A DNA stretch of 32,000 bases from Desulfobacteraceae bacterium (GTDB lineage: Bacteria > Desulfobacterota > DSM-4660 > Desulfatiglandales > HGW-15). The position numbers and the translations under genes are program-made. The stretch spans positions 7,794 to 39,793 of the forward strand of contig JASFHE010000003.1 in assembly GCA_050123415.1 (NCBI GenBank), written 5' to 3'. Within the stretch, counting starts at the first letter, position 1. Every line of letters starts with the position of its first letter. The notes under the pieces are model-generated. The model saw nothing but the letters and a program-made list of their open reading frames with translations. It searched no databases and had not been told where the DNA came from. This document shows positions 1 to 7,991 of the stretch, one piece after another.

Positions 1-976
1 TGTTTTTCTCTTCAGTAATATTTATTTCCGTATCGGGAGTTACAACCGTTTCTCCATCGGAGAATGGTGCCGGCTGACTCACATCCTTGTTCTCCTTGAT
101 CTCAACACTCAGGTTTCCATGAGCAATGGCTATCGGAGAGATCATGGCATTTTCTCCCATAATGACTGTTCCGGTTCTTTCCGAAAGAATAATTTTTGCC
201 TCCATATCAGGCTGTATCCGGATCTGTTCCAGTGATGCTACCAGGCTGACATGATTCCCGTTATAGGCCTGGGTGATGTCGACTGTAACAGTTCCTGCAT
301 CAACAGGTGTGGCTTTTATGGTTCCCATCTGACTGTTTATCGCGTCAGATATCCGCAGAGCGGTGGTAAAATCAGGATGGTCCAGCGCTATTGTCAGTTT
401 TTCCAGTGTGTTGAAATCAAATGGTACTTCTCTTTCAATCAGGCCGCCTCCCGGGATCCTGGCCACTGTAGGATGGTTTTTCGATACGCCTCCTCCTGCT
501 GCGCCTGAAGAGGCAAAACCGCCAACGAGCAGGGCACCCTGAGCTATTGCGTAAACATTATTGTCCGCACCTTTCAGGGGCGTCATTACCAGTGTACCGC
601 CCTGAAGACTTTTTGCATCACCTACGGATGATACAAGAACATCAAGTTTGCTCCCTTTTTTTGAAAAAGGAGGAAGGGTTGCCGTGACTATAACTGCGGC
701 TACGTTATCGACTTTTACTTTATCAGGAAGACTGTGAATGCCCAGACGTTCCATCATGTTTACAAGGGTTTGTGTCGTAAACTGAGTGGAAGCCCCGTCA
801 CCTGTTCCGTTCAGGCCGATAACAAGGCCATAGCCGATAAGCTGATTGCTTCTGACTCCCTTAAATGATGCAATATCTTTTATCCTGGCCCCGGAGGCGC
901 ATGTGGCATATGCAGATAATACCAGCACTGTAAGTATTATTGTTTTTGTCCGGGATATTTTATTAGCTGATTTCAT
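1..976 (-). CDS. flgI: Flagellar P-ring protein FlgI (C-terminus truncated by window edge)
   Basis: My minus-strand translation from ATG at 976: MKSANKISRTKTIILTVLVLSAYATCASGARIKDIASFKGVRSNQLIGYGLVIGLNGTGDG..., a signal peptide followed by the typical FlgI N-terminus (ARIKDIA...G.R.NQLIGYGLVVGL.GTGD). Open to coordinate 1. It is missing from the ORF track because there is no stop in the window. Confidence 0.95.
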   Translation of the reverse strand, partial: MKSANKISRTKTIILTVLVLSAYATCASGARIKDIASFKGVRSNQLIGYGLVIGLNGTGDGASTQFTTQTLVNMMERLGIHSLPDKVKVDNVAAVIVTATLPPFSKKGSKLDVLVSSVGDAKSLQGGTLVMTPLKGADNNVYAIAQGALLVGGFASSGAAGGGVSKNHPTVARIPGGGLIEREVPFDFNTLEKLTIALDHPDFTTALRISDAINSQMGTIKATPVDAGTVTVDITQAYNGNHVSLVASLEQIRIQPDMEAKIILSERTGTVIMGENAMISPIAIAHGNLSVEIKENKDVSQPAPFSDGETVVTPDTEINITEEKN

Positions 977-987
977 TTTCTCCTCCA

Positions 988-1731
988 TTAGAATGGCCAA
1001 ATAGTATCTACTGCCCTTGTAAGCCATCCCGGACGCTGTTTGTCGCTTATCGCGCCGCTGCCGAGGTACTCTATCTTAGCGTTTCCTATATAGCTTGAAA
1101 GTATTGTATTATCCGGTGATATATCAACTGGTCTGATTAATCCCGAAAGGACTATTATCTGGGTTTCACTGTTTACACGTATCTCCCTGGTGCCTTCGAT
1201 ATGCAGGTTTCCGTTTGGCATTACATCAATTACCCTGGCAGTGATAGAGGCTTTCATATCGTCGCCCCTTGAAGTGGAGCCTGAGCCGTCAAACAGGTTT
1301 GTCATGGATCCCTTGAGCATATTTGTATTGTTATAGGCATTCCGGACGTCACTTTTTCCAAATGAAGTAAGGTTCTTCATTCTTCCTTCCCAGCCAAGAA
1401 TATTATCAATACCCGCGTTCATGGATGAATTTCTGCTTGTCTGGGTTTTTGCGGATTTGCTCGCGCTTGATGTCTCAACAATATTTATCGTAACAAGATC
1501 TCCTACCTTATACGCGCGCAGGTCCTGAAAATAATCCCTTGAATCCATTTCATTCCATATGCCTGCCAGGGAGACCGGATCTCTCTTGACAAGATCTCTT
1601 TCAAAGGTCCCTGTCCGTAAGACCGGCATGGTTGCGGGCGCGATATTCTGTTTCTGGGGCTGAACCCCGGTGCAGCCCGATACTATTATGATACAAAGGA
1701 TTCCTGCGATTTTATGTGTTATTTTTAACAT
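988..1731 (-). CDS. flgH: Flagellar L-ring protein FlgH (lipoprotein)
   Basis: 247 aa; lipobox-like LCIIIVSGC; SLWxDxxA/GDLVTINIVE...; C-terminal GNIHIEGTREIRVN...ILSGLIRPVDISPDNTILSSYIGNAKIEYLGSG typical of FlgH; located between flgA and flgI. Confidence 0.95.
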   Translation of the reverse strand: MLKITHKIAGILCIIIVSGCTGVQPQKQNIAPATMPVLRTGTFERDLVKRDPVSLAGIWNEMDSRDYFQDLRAYKVGDLVTINIVETSSASKSAKTQTSRNSSMNAGIDNILGWEGRMKNLTSFGKSDVRNAYNNTNMLKGSMTNLFDGSGSTSRGDDMKASITARVIDVMPNGNLHIEGTREIRVNSETQIIVLSGLIRPVDISPDNTILSSYIGNAKIEYLGSGAISDKQRPGWLTRAVDTIWPF

Positions 1732-1785
1732 TAAATGCCCCCGGAAAATTACTATTGTGTTTTTCTCTCAGTCTGATGACTTTTA

Positions 1786-2772
1786 TCAGAACCGGACCTC
1801 TACAAGGTCTGTTCTTCTGACAGTCGCTATTATTTCCCTGCCGCTGCTTATATTCATGACGCGGATCTGGTCTCCGACACAACCTTCTTCAAGGGCCTTG
1901 CCCGAGGCTGTTATTAAAAGCTGGTTATTTTCCGCCTTGATTATTACCCGGTCACCCTTTTCAACAGCAGGCGGGACTTCAAACATCCCGGCCTTGATCA
2001 TTTGATCTGCCTGGATCCTGCGGGTTGCCCTTTTTCCTGTTACATCTTTTTTGCTGGTTACGATGCCTCTTTTAGAATATTTCATTTTTTCCGAAACCAG
2101 GGTGATATCTCCTGCCGATATAATTTCACCTGACCTGATGTCCCTTGCGGCCTTAACGACTTCTCTTATTACGCTTATTTTACCTGATACAATTGTTTTT
2201 CTCAGAGAATCACCATTCACCCTGAAATCAATCATCAAAGAAAAGTTGCCGATAAAATTTCTGTTCTGCTTTTCATCTATTTCCCAGTCGAGGTCTCCTT
2301 TTGGAAGGGCAATCGATGCAGGTGAATTAATCCTTTCAATAACAATCCGGTCTCTTTCCCATGGCGCGTTATCCAGGACATAATCGCGGAATATCTCTTC
2401 AATGATTTCCGCCTTTATTATCTGGGCGGTCCTCTCAACGGTTATAGTCTCAGGAACCGAAAGCCTGATATCCTTTTCCGCGTTGATTAAATGTTCCACC
2501 TTGTACATTACCAGGTCTCTGTTCAATCTGCGGAATGTGGCAGGAGAAGGGGATGCTGTTATTTCAATTGATTTCAGTTTGCTTACACGGCTGTCATTTG
2601 CCGGATGAAATGTGGCGATGTCCCCGAGATGAACCATGCCTCCATCAATCTCCAGCCTGTCCTTTACATTTATCTCCAGTGCAAAACATGTTGAAGAGAA
2701 AATTATGCAAAGCACCATGAAGATCTTCAGGATTAACAATGATTTGATATGCACACTATTTTGATTGGTCAT
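1786..2772 (-). CDS. flgA: Flagella basal body P-ring formation protein FlgA
   Basis: 328 aa with signal peptide; C-terminal SAF-like region (VVKAARDIRSGEIISAGDITLVSEKM...ATRRIQADQMIKAGMFEVPPAVEKGDRVIIKAEN); adjacent to flgH/flgG. Confidence 0.92.
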   Translation of the reverse strand: MTNQNSVHIKSLLILKIFMVLCIIFSSTCFALEINVKDRLEIDGGMVHLGDIATFHPANDSRVSKLKSIEITASPSPATFRRLNRDLVMYKVEHLINAEKDIRLSVPETITVERTAQIIKAEIIEEIFRDYVLDNAPWERDRIVIERINSPASIALPKGDLDWEIDEKQNRNFIGNFSLMIDFRVNGDSLRKTIVSGKISVIREVVKAARDIRSGEIISAGDITLVSEKMKYSKRGIVTSKKDVTGKRATRRIQADQMIKAGMFEVPPAVEKGDRVIIKAENNQLLITASGKALEEGCVGDQIRVMNISSGREIIATVRRTDLVEVRF

Positions 2773-2782
2773 GATTTTAACC

Positions 2783-3568
2783 CTATCTCTTTATATTGTT
2801 TGCCATCTGCATCATTTCATCTGCGGCCCTGATTGACTTGGATGATATTTCATAGGCGCGCTGACCGGCTATCATGTTTACCATTTCTTCCACAACATCA
2901 ACATTTGACATTTCCAGTGAGCCCTGAACCACAGTGCCAAGCCCGTCAACACCCGGATTGCCCTCAACCGGATCACCCGAAGCTTCTGTCGGACTGTAAT
3001 AGTTGCCGCCAAGGCTTTTCATCCCTGAGGGATTGACAAAATTGTACAGGGTCAGTTGCGCGGTAGCTGTAACCGTGCTGCCGTCCGCTTCCATTGCCAC
3101 CAGTGATCCGCCGCTGTCAATGGTGAATGTTACGGAATTGGATGGTATTGATACTTCAGGCTGAAGCCTGTCTCCCTGGGAGGTGACAATGTATCCCTCG
3201 GAATCAAGCTTGAATGAACCGGCCCGTGTGTACACCTCTTCACCGTTGCTTATGATCCTGAAAAAGCCGTTTCCCTCAATTGCCATGTCTAGGGGATTTC
3301 CTGTCTGGGTGAAATCTCCCTGTGAAAATATTTTTTGTACGGAAACAGGCCTTGTACCCATACCTATCTGGATACCGGTGGGTATCTGACCGCCGGAACT
3401 GGTGTCTGCCCCCGGTGATTTAAGGTTCTGATACAGAAGGTCCTCAAAATCGGCACGGCTTTTCTTAAATCCGCTTGTATTAACATTTGCAAGATTCTGT
3501 GCGATTACATCCATATTGAGTTTTTGGGCTGACATGCCTGAAGCGGCTGTCCAAAGGCTTCTAATCAT
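2783..3568 (-). CDS. flgG: Flagellar distal rod protein FlgG
   Basis: 261 aa; MIRSLWTAASGMSAQKLNMDVIAQNLANVNTSGFKKSRADFEDLLYQ and C-terminal SNVDVVEEMVNMIAGQRAYEISSKSIRAADEMMQMANNIKR. Confidence 0.97.
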   Translation of the reverse strand: MIRSLWTAASGMSAQKLNMDVIAQNLANVNTSGFKKSRADFEDLLYQNLKSPGADTSSGGQIPTGIQIGMGTRPVSVQKIFSQGDFTQTGNPLDMAIEGNGFFRIISNGEEVYTRAGSFKLDSEGYIVTSQGDRLQPEVSIPSNSVTFTIDSGGSLVAMEADGSTVTATAQLTLYNFVNPSGMKSLGGNYYSPTEASGDPVEGNPGVDGLGTVVQGSLEMSNVDVVEEMVNMIAGQRAYEISSKSIRAADEMMQMANNIKR

Positions 3569-3623
3569 TTCCTGTTCTCCTTGTTTTATTTACTTTTTGA
3601 GTCATTTTATTTTTTATTAATTT

Positions 3624-4337
3624 TTATCTTAATCTGCCGACCTGGTTTATGGCCCTGTTGTTAAGCTCATCAATAACCCTCATGGATTTCTGATAGGACT
3701 CAAAGGCCCTTAGGGCATGAATCATATTGATCATTTCTTCGGCAGCATTTACATTCGACAGTTCGGTATATCCCTGGCTTACAATCGTTTCTGAAGGCAT
3801 ATCCATTTCGGGTAGTTCCTGCGTATTCATAAAGAGATTTTTACCTGCCTTTACAATTCCCTGATAATCTTCAAAATCTACAATGGCCAGCTGGTCGAGC
3901 GGGCCGGTATCTGTTAAAAGGAATCCCTTTTTGTCCATTGTGAGGTCATTTCCGATAATTTTGATCGGGCCTGATTTCCCCAATACCTTGTCGCCGCTGT
4001 GAGTGATCAGATTTCCCTCGACATCAAGAGTGAAATTGCCTTTTCTTGTATATCTGATACCGTCTTCGGTCTGTATCTTAAAGAATCCTTTACCTGATAT
4101 GGCAAAATCCAGTTCGTTTCCGGTCGCTCTTATATCTCCCTGCTCCATATCGGGTCTGATAGTTACATTTGCGGGTGCGTCAGCGGTAACTGCCGCCTGG
4201 TTCAGGATTTTTTGAAAGGAAATCCTGTCTTTTTTGTAGCCGATAACGTTGATGTTGGCGAGGTTGCCGGAGAGAATATCCATTCTCAGTTCCTCTTTCA
4301 TACAACCTCTGGAAGATTCAAGCATTCCGTTTATCAT
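3624..4337 (-). CDS. flgF: Flagellar proximal rod / basal-body protein FlgF-like
   Basis: The ORF track gives 3624..4376, but an RBS-like GGAGG (taccaggaggcaaagatg) sits before an internal ATG at 4335-4337 (MINGMLESSRGCMKEELRMDILSGNLANINVIGYKKD...). Flg_bb_rod and C-terminal NAAEEMINMIHALRAFESYQKSMRVIDE motifs present. Confidence 0.88.
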   Translation of the reverse strand: MINGMLESSRGCMKEELRMDILSGNLANINVIGYKKDRISFQKILNQAAVTADAPANVTIRPDMEQGDIRATGNELDFAISGKGFFKIQTEDGIRYTRKGNFTLDVEGNLITHSGDKVLGKSGPIKIIGNDLTMDKKGFLLTDTGPLDQLAIVDFEDYQGIVKAGKNLFMNTQELPEMDMPSETIVSQGYTELSNVNAAEEMINMIHALRAFESYQKSMRVIDELNNRAINQVGRLR

Positions 4338-4655
4338 CTTTGCCTCCTGGTAATTTGATGACCGTTGCCAATACATATAGCAATTATCATACCATTACTC
4401 CTGCCCGGATTTATGTCCGGGGAACAACCTGTAACTTGTAGAAATTAAAGAGAAAATTAGATTTTATAACGAAACGTCGAATTATGGCTTTTTATATGGA
4501 ACTGTCAGATATGAAGACCTTTCCCCCTGACCGGCAAATATTTCCCGGTTTAAAGCCTGAAACCGGAAAAAACTTTGAACCAAATCATGGCTGTAAATCG
4601 CCAAATGCCTGAAAGAACACCTTCTTTCCCTGATTTATTCATTGGATTTTTAAAA

Positions 4656-4671
4656 TGGCATAGAATTTGAA
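4656..4671 (+). promoter_or_regulatory. Weak sigma-54-like promoter candidate upstream of the plus-strand lipoprotein gene
   Basis: TGGCATAGAATTTGAA; matches the TGGCA and TTG blocks but has GA instead of the invariant GC at -12. Confidence 0.15.
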
Positions 4672-4802
4672 CTGCTACTCAGCGAAATGTTTTTTATTCC
4701 GTTAGAGACGAAAGATGTAACCGGAGGAGTATAAGGGGCAGGTTTGTCTTCAGTCGAGGCGGAGTAATTTATTCATAACTTGGCCTGAGAGGAGACAGCA
4801 AA

Positions 4803-5225
4803 ATGCGCTACAGGTTTATTTCCCTTGTCTTTTGCGTGGGGGTGTGCCTGATGATACCGGCCTGTACACCGGGGGTGTATGTGAAAATGGATTCTACAGC
4901 CCCTGAACGCAATCCCGTATTCATCGGCATGAAAAGACATGATGCAGAGCTGCATCTTGGAGACCCGATTTTTATTGCCCGCCTGAACGATGATCAATAC
5001 AGGGGGATATATGAATATGAGGCAGTCCCATGTGCCATGGATACCCTGGCCTACGATATAATGGACTTCACGACCCTTGGGTTCGGTAATCTTATTGTAA
5101 GTCCCCTGGACAGGTCCAAAGGAAGCAGGCATCTTGTTGCTGTTGTGTATCAGATGGAAGACGAATATGTAAACAATGACAGGGTGGTGGACATTAAGGA
5201 AAAAATAAAGATTTCACTGGATTAA
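4803..5225 (+). CDS. Small putative lipoprotein, unknown function (only plus-strand gene in the cluster)
   Basis: 140 aa; RBS-like ggagaca upstream; signal peptide with lipobox-like MIPACTPG; body PERNPVFIGMKRHDAELHLGDPIFIARLNDDQYRGIYEYEAV...GNLIVSPLDRSKGSRHLVAVVYQMEDE. Confidence 0.8.
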   Translation: MRYRFISLVFCVGVCLMIPACTPGVYVKMDSTAPERNPVFIGMKRHDAELHLGDPIFIARLNDDQYRGIYEYEAVPCAMDTLAYDIMDFTTLGFGNLIVSPLDRSKGSRHLVAVVYQMEDEYVNNDRVVDIKEKIKISLD

Positions 5226-5238
5226 GGCCTGGAATGAA

Positions 5239-5523
5239 TTATCCGGTCTTCATCTTGTTATTAATACGGTAGGCAAAGGCCAGTATTTCGGCAACCGCGC
5301 GGTATAATTCCGGAGGAATCTCGTCATAAAAATCAAGCTGAGCAAGGGCGGTTACCAGGTCCGGGTCCTCGGTAATGGGTATACCTTCCTTTTCTGCCAG
5401 TTCAAGTATCTTTTCCGCAATGCGGCCTGTACCCTTTGCTGTGATCCGGGGGGCAGTGTCTTTTTCCCTGTCATATTTCAGGGCAACGGCTTTTTTAATT
5501 TTTTCCTTGTAATTTTCTTCCAT
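5239..5523 (-). CDS. Stand-alone FlhB cytoplasmic-domain-like protein (FlhX/FhlB-like)
   Basis: 94 aa. C-terminus YDEIPPELYRAVAEILAFAYRIN parallels GTEIPPQFYQAVAEILAYVYGLK of the full FlhB in this same window; also VALKYDREKDTAPRITAKGTGRIAEKILELAEKEGIPI. No transmembrane helices and no NPTH autocleavage motif. Confidence 0.88.
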   Translation of the reverse strand: MEENYKEKIKKAVALKYDREKDTAPRITAKGTGRIAEKILELAEKEGIPITEDPDLVTALAQLDFYDEIPPELYRAVAEILAFAYRINNKMKTG

Positions 5524-5533
5524 AAAAATGTGC

Positions 5534-6604
5534 CTAAATTACAATATCCACGGATGAATTATTATCCGTTTCCACAGTATCGGAAGCAATTATTTTTTCC
5601 TTAACTTCACAGCGTATATTACTGATATTTATGTCCATATTCCTGAATGCTTCTTCAAGTTCGCTGATGCTTTCGGTTATGAATCCTTTTGTTTCCTCTT
5701 TCTCAACATCAATCTGTATCCCTACAGTATCTTTTATTATGGACACATCTATGTTCATCTTACCCGCAAAGCGCATATCAAGAAATAATGAAAAGTGCAG
5801 TGAGCCTTCCTTATTCTCTTTTACAAAGAATTCGGACGATAAAAAGTCATCATCATTAATGAAGGGCAGGTGTATAAACCAGCCAAGATCTTCTCTCATG
5901 GTATTGAGGTTCATGATCTGTTCCTGCTCAATATGATTCAGGGCCTCCCGCACCTTCATCGAAAGAGCCTTCATTCCCTCCTGGTCGACTGAGGTTTTTT
6001 CAATATTTTTCAGCAATTTTAAAAGCAGACCCTTCAGGTCGGTATCTGCCATTTCCTTTTGCATTAAAACCTTTTTTCCTGTAAGTACCTGTAAAACTTT
6101 TGATTCCCAGAAAATACCGCTTCCCCGGATATTTTTGTTGACCCAGGGGAGAATCTCCGTGATGTCTTTTTTAAGAACAGGGGAATTAACCAGATTCTGG
6201 AGTTTAACTATCAGGTTTGAGGCCTGTGAAGGAAGATTTTTAACAGTCCGGGAATTAACCAGCACAGAGAGCGCGTCAGTGAGTCTGCGTCCGACCGTAT
6301 TGGCTGAGGAGAAAAGTTTAGTGATATTTCCGGCTGCGTTGGTATCGATCTCAAGTACCTTGAGCTCTATCTTACTTTTCGATGAAAGGACTATAAAATT
6401 GTAATTCTTATTATCTTTTAGAGGGAACGCTGAATGGGCCCTGAAGTTTTTACCTCCGGAGGAAATTATAAAATCTCCGTCCTTCAGTTTTTGAATTACA
6501 GTTCCTTTTATCAATGTTCCCTGTTTCAGCGGTATATCCGATTTTTTATTATTGCCTTCAGGTGTGGTTTTGACCGGACTGTTAGTTTGAATGGGACGGA
6601 GCAT
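5534..6604 (-). CDS. FliK-like / flagellar hook-length control C-domain-like protein
   Basis: 356 aa; C-terminal segment LHFSLFLDMRFAGKMNIDVSIIKDTVGIQIDVEKEETKGFITESISELEEAFRNMDINISNIRCEV resembles the Flg_hook (FliK C-terminal) fold; N-terminal GTLIKGTVIQKLKDGDFIISSGGKNFRAHSAFPL is a small beta-rich region; flagellar context. Confidence 0.6.
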   Translation of the reverse strand: MLRPIQTNSPVKTTPEGNNKKSDIPLKQGTLIKGTVIQKLKDGDFIISSGGKNFRAHSAFPLKDNKNYNFIVLSSKSKIELKVLEIDTNAAGNITKLFSSANTVGRRLTDALSVLVNSRTVKNLPSQASNLIVKLQNLVNSPVLKKDITEILPWVNKNIRGSGIFWESKVLQVLTGKKVLMQKEMADTDLKGLLLKLLKNIEKTSVDQEGMKALSMKVREALNHIEQEQIMNLNTMREDLGWFIHLPFINDDDFLSSEFFVKENKEGSLHFSLFLDMRFAGKMNIDVSIIKDTVGIQIDVEKEETKGFITESISELEEAFRNMDINISNIRCEVKEKIIASDTVETDNNSSVDIVI

Positions 6605-6624
6605 GGAATCAGACGGCCCCTTTC

Positions 6625-7110
6625 TTACGGATTGTTGACAGTATTACCCATCTGCCTGTTCTGTAATTTTATCAGCAGCTCAATTTCGCCTACGGATATT
6701 CCGAGTTGCTGAGCGATCTCCTGTTTTGAAAGCCCCTTTTTCAAAAGATCGTTCACTGATGTGCGTACCCTTCTGGAATCATGTTCGGAACCATAGGAAT
6801 GAACTGGGTGTGAACTGTATTCCTTTATTATGTTTTGCAGCTGATTATAAGACTGGTCCGCTTTTTTTAAAATATCATCCAGCTGCCCGAGCATTTTACG
6901 GCTTATTTCCTTTTTCTCTTCAAGGTTTTTATCAAGCTGCCTTGTCAGTTCTTTCATTTCAGCAAGTATCTTCTCGGGTTTTTCAAACACCGCGCTTAAA
7001 TCAATATTTTTTTTCCTCATCGCAAGGTGGCTTTTTAAAAACCACAGCAGGAGAAAAATAATAATAATCTCAATTGCTGTCTGCCCTATTACCCATGTCT
7101 CTATAGTCAT
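6625..7110 (-). CDS. DUF2802-like membrane-anchored protein with C-terminal HTH-like segment
   Basis: 161 aa; N-terminal TM (AIEIIIIFLLLWFLKSHL), coiled-coil, C-terminal VNDLLKKGLSKQEIAQQLGISVGEIELLIKLQ. Confidence 0.65.
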   Translation of the reverse strand: MTIETWVIGQTAIEIIIIFLLLWFLKSHLAMRKKNIDLSAVFEKPEKILAEMKELTRQLDKNLEEKKEISRKMLGQLDDILKKADQSYNQLQNIIKEYSSHPVHSYGSEHDSRRVRTSVNDLLKKGLSKQEIAQQLGISVGEIELLIKLQNRQMGNTVNNP

Positions 7111-7115
7111 AATAG

Positions 7116-7397
7116 CTATATTTTAAGATCAACCTTGGGGCACAGGGATTTCTTTTTCTTTATAAATCCGTAGCCCATCTGATCCTCACACTCCTTGTTA
7201 TCAGCTCTGTCATGTTCAATCTCAACCAGGACCGAATCATCATCTTCTCTATCTTCTCTGATTTTTTGCTCTTTTTCAGGTTTGTTCTGGTGTTTATTCT
7301 TTTTGTCCCTGGCCTTTCTTTTCTTCTCGATCTTCCATACTCCGCCCGGAGTATTTGATATTACGAGTGGCCTGTCTACTTTTGAAAAGTCGCTCAT
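7116..7397 (-). CDS. Hypothetical short, highly charged protein
   Basis: 93 aa ORF tightly packed (5 bp gap) between two operon genes; Lys/Glu/Asp-rich (KKRKARDKKNKHQNKPEKEQKIREDREDDDS). No recognisable domain. Confidence 0.55.
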   Translation of the reverse strand: MSDFSKVDRPLVISNTPGGVWKIEKKRKARDKKNKHQNKPEKEQKIREDREDDDSVLVEIEHDRADNKECEDQMGYGFIKKKKSLCPKVDLKI

Positions 7398-7445
7398 TTT
7401 GATCTCCTTTCTTTTAAAAAGGAGGGCAGGCTGTCACCCCGCTGA

Positions 7446-7991
7446 TTAAAAGTATCGGATTTCCTTTATCTTTACTGCCAAGTTCCGGACTCCCAGTGAA
7501 CTTCTAAGTATTGAACTTACCTCATTTTCCAGATCCGGTATTTTTTTGTTCATATCCTGGTTTTGTGAAGCAATCTCATAAAATTTTTCGTATATCATAC
7601 TTCTCAGATAAAGCTCTTTTTTCCTGAAACGTATTGACGCGAGACCATCCCAGACAATTGAAAGATCAATCCGTATAGTATCATCAGCCGGCCCTGGCGG
7701 GATAAAAAAGGGAGAAAGTATCTCCTCACTCAGATTGTCTTCATCAACATTCACTTCCGGAGTTTGAAAATCTTTTTTCATTAAGAATGAAAACTGCTCA
7801 GGCGCGTATTTTATCCCGAGACCTGATACTGCTAGAATCAATCCCGGAATAATAAAAATCCATATTTTTTTACCGGACTTTTTTTTGGCCTTTACCGGCT
7901 TTTCTTCCTGCTCATCGGAAGCGGTTCCTTTTTCGGCATCTTCATTGGACTCTTCCTCCGGAGCTTCATCTTCTTTGATCTCTTCGGACAT
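7446..7991 (-). CDS. FliL-like single-TM protein with acidic cytoplasmic N-terminus, unknown function
   Basis: 181 aa; acidic N-terminus, TM IWIFIIPGLILAVSGLGI, then a domain with IRIDLSIVWDGLASIRFRKKELYLRSMIYEKF...LENEVSSILRSSLGVRNLAVKIKEIRYF. Stop overlaps the first base of the fliA ORF end (7991). Confidence 0.55.
   Translation of the reverse strand: MSEEIKEDEAPEEESNEDAEKGTASDEQEEKPVKAKKKSGKKIWIFIIPGLILAVSGLGIKYAPEQFSFLMKKDFQTPEVNVDEDNLSEEILSPFFIPPGPADDTIRIDLSIVWDGLASIRFRKKELYLRSMIYEKFYEIASQNQDMNKKIPDLENEVSSILRSSLGVRNLAVKIKEIRYF

Noticed and set aside
251-508. 85-aa plus-strand ORF at the left edge
   Set aside because: Antisense to flgI, which is open across the region on the minus strand.
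4403-4420. CCCGGA-TTTATG-TCCGGG hairpin upstream of flgF
   Set aside because: Only a 6-bp stem with no U tract and no recurrence found; could be chance or a 5'UTR stem. Too weak to claim.
4500-4600. Sigma-54 promoter for flgF-flgG-flgA-flgH-flgI
   Set aside because: The candidates I checked had wrong GG/GC spacing (e.g. CCGGGAAATATTTGCC gives N9), so no promoter was assigned to this operon.
4773-5132. 119-aa minus-strand ORF opposite the lipoprotein gene
   Set aside because: Overlaps the better-supported plus-strand lipoprotein CDS, which has an RBS, signal peptide and lipobox; the antisense product is His/Pro/Cys-rich without motif.
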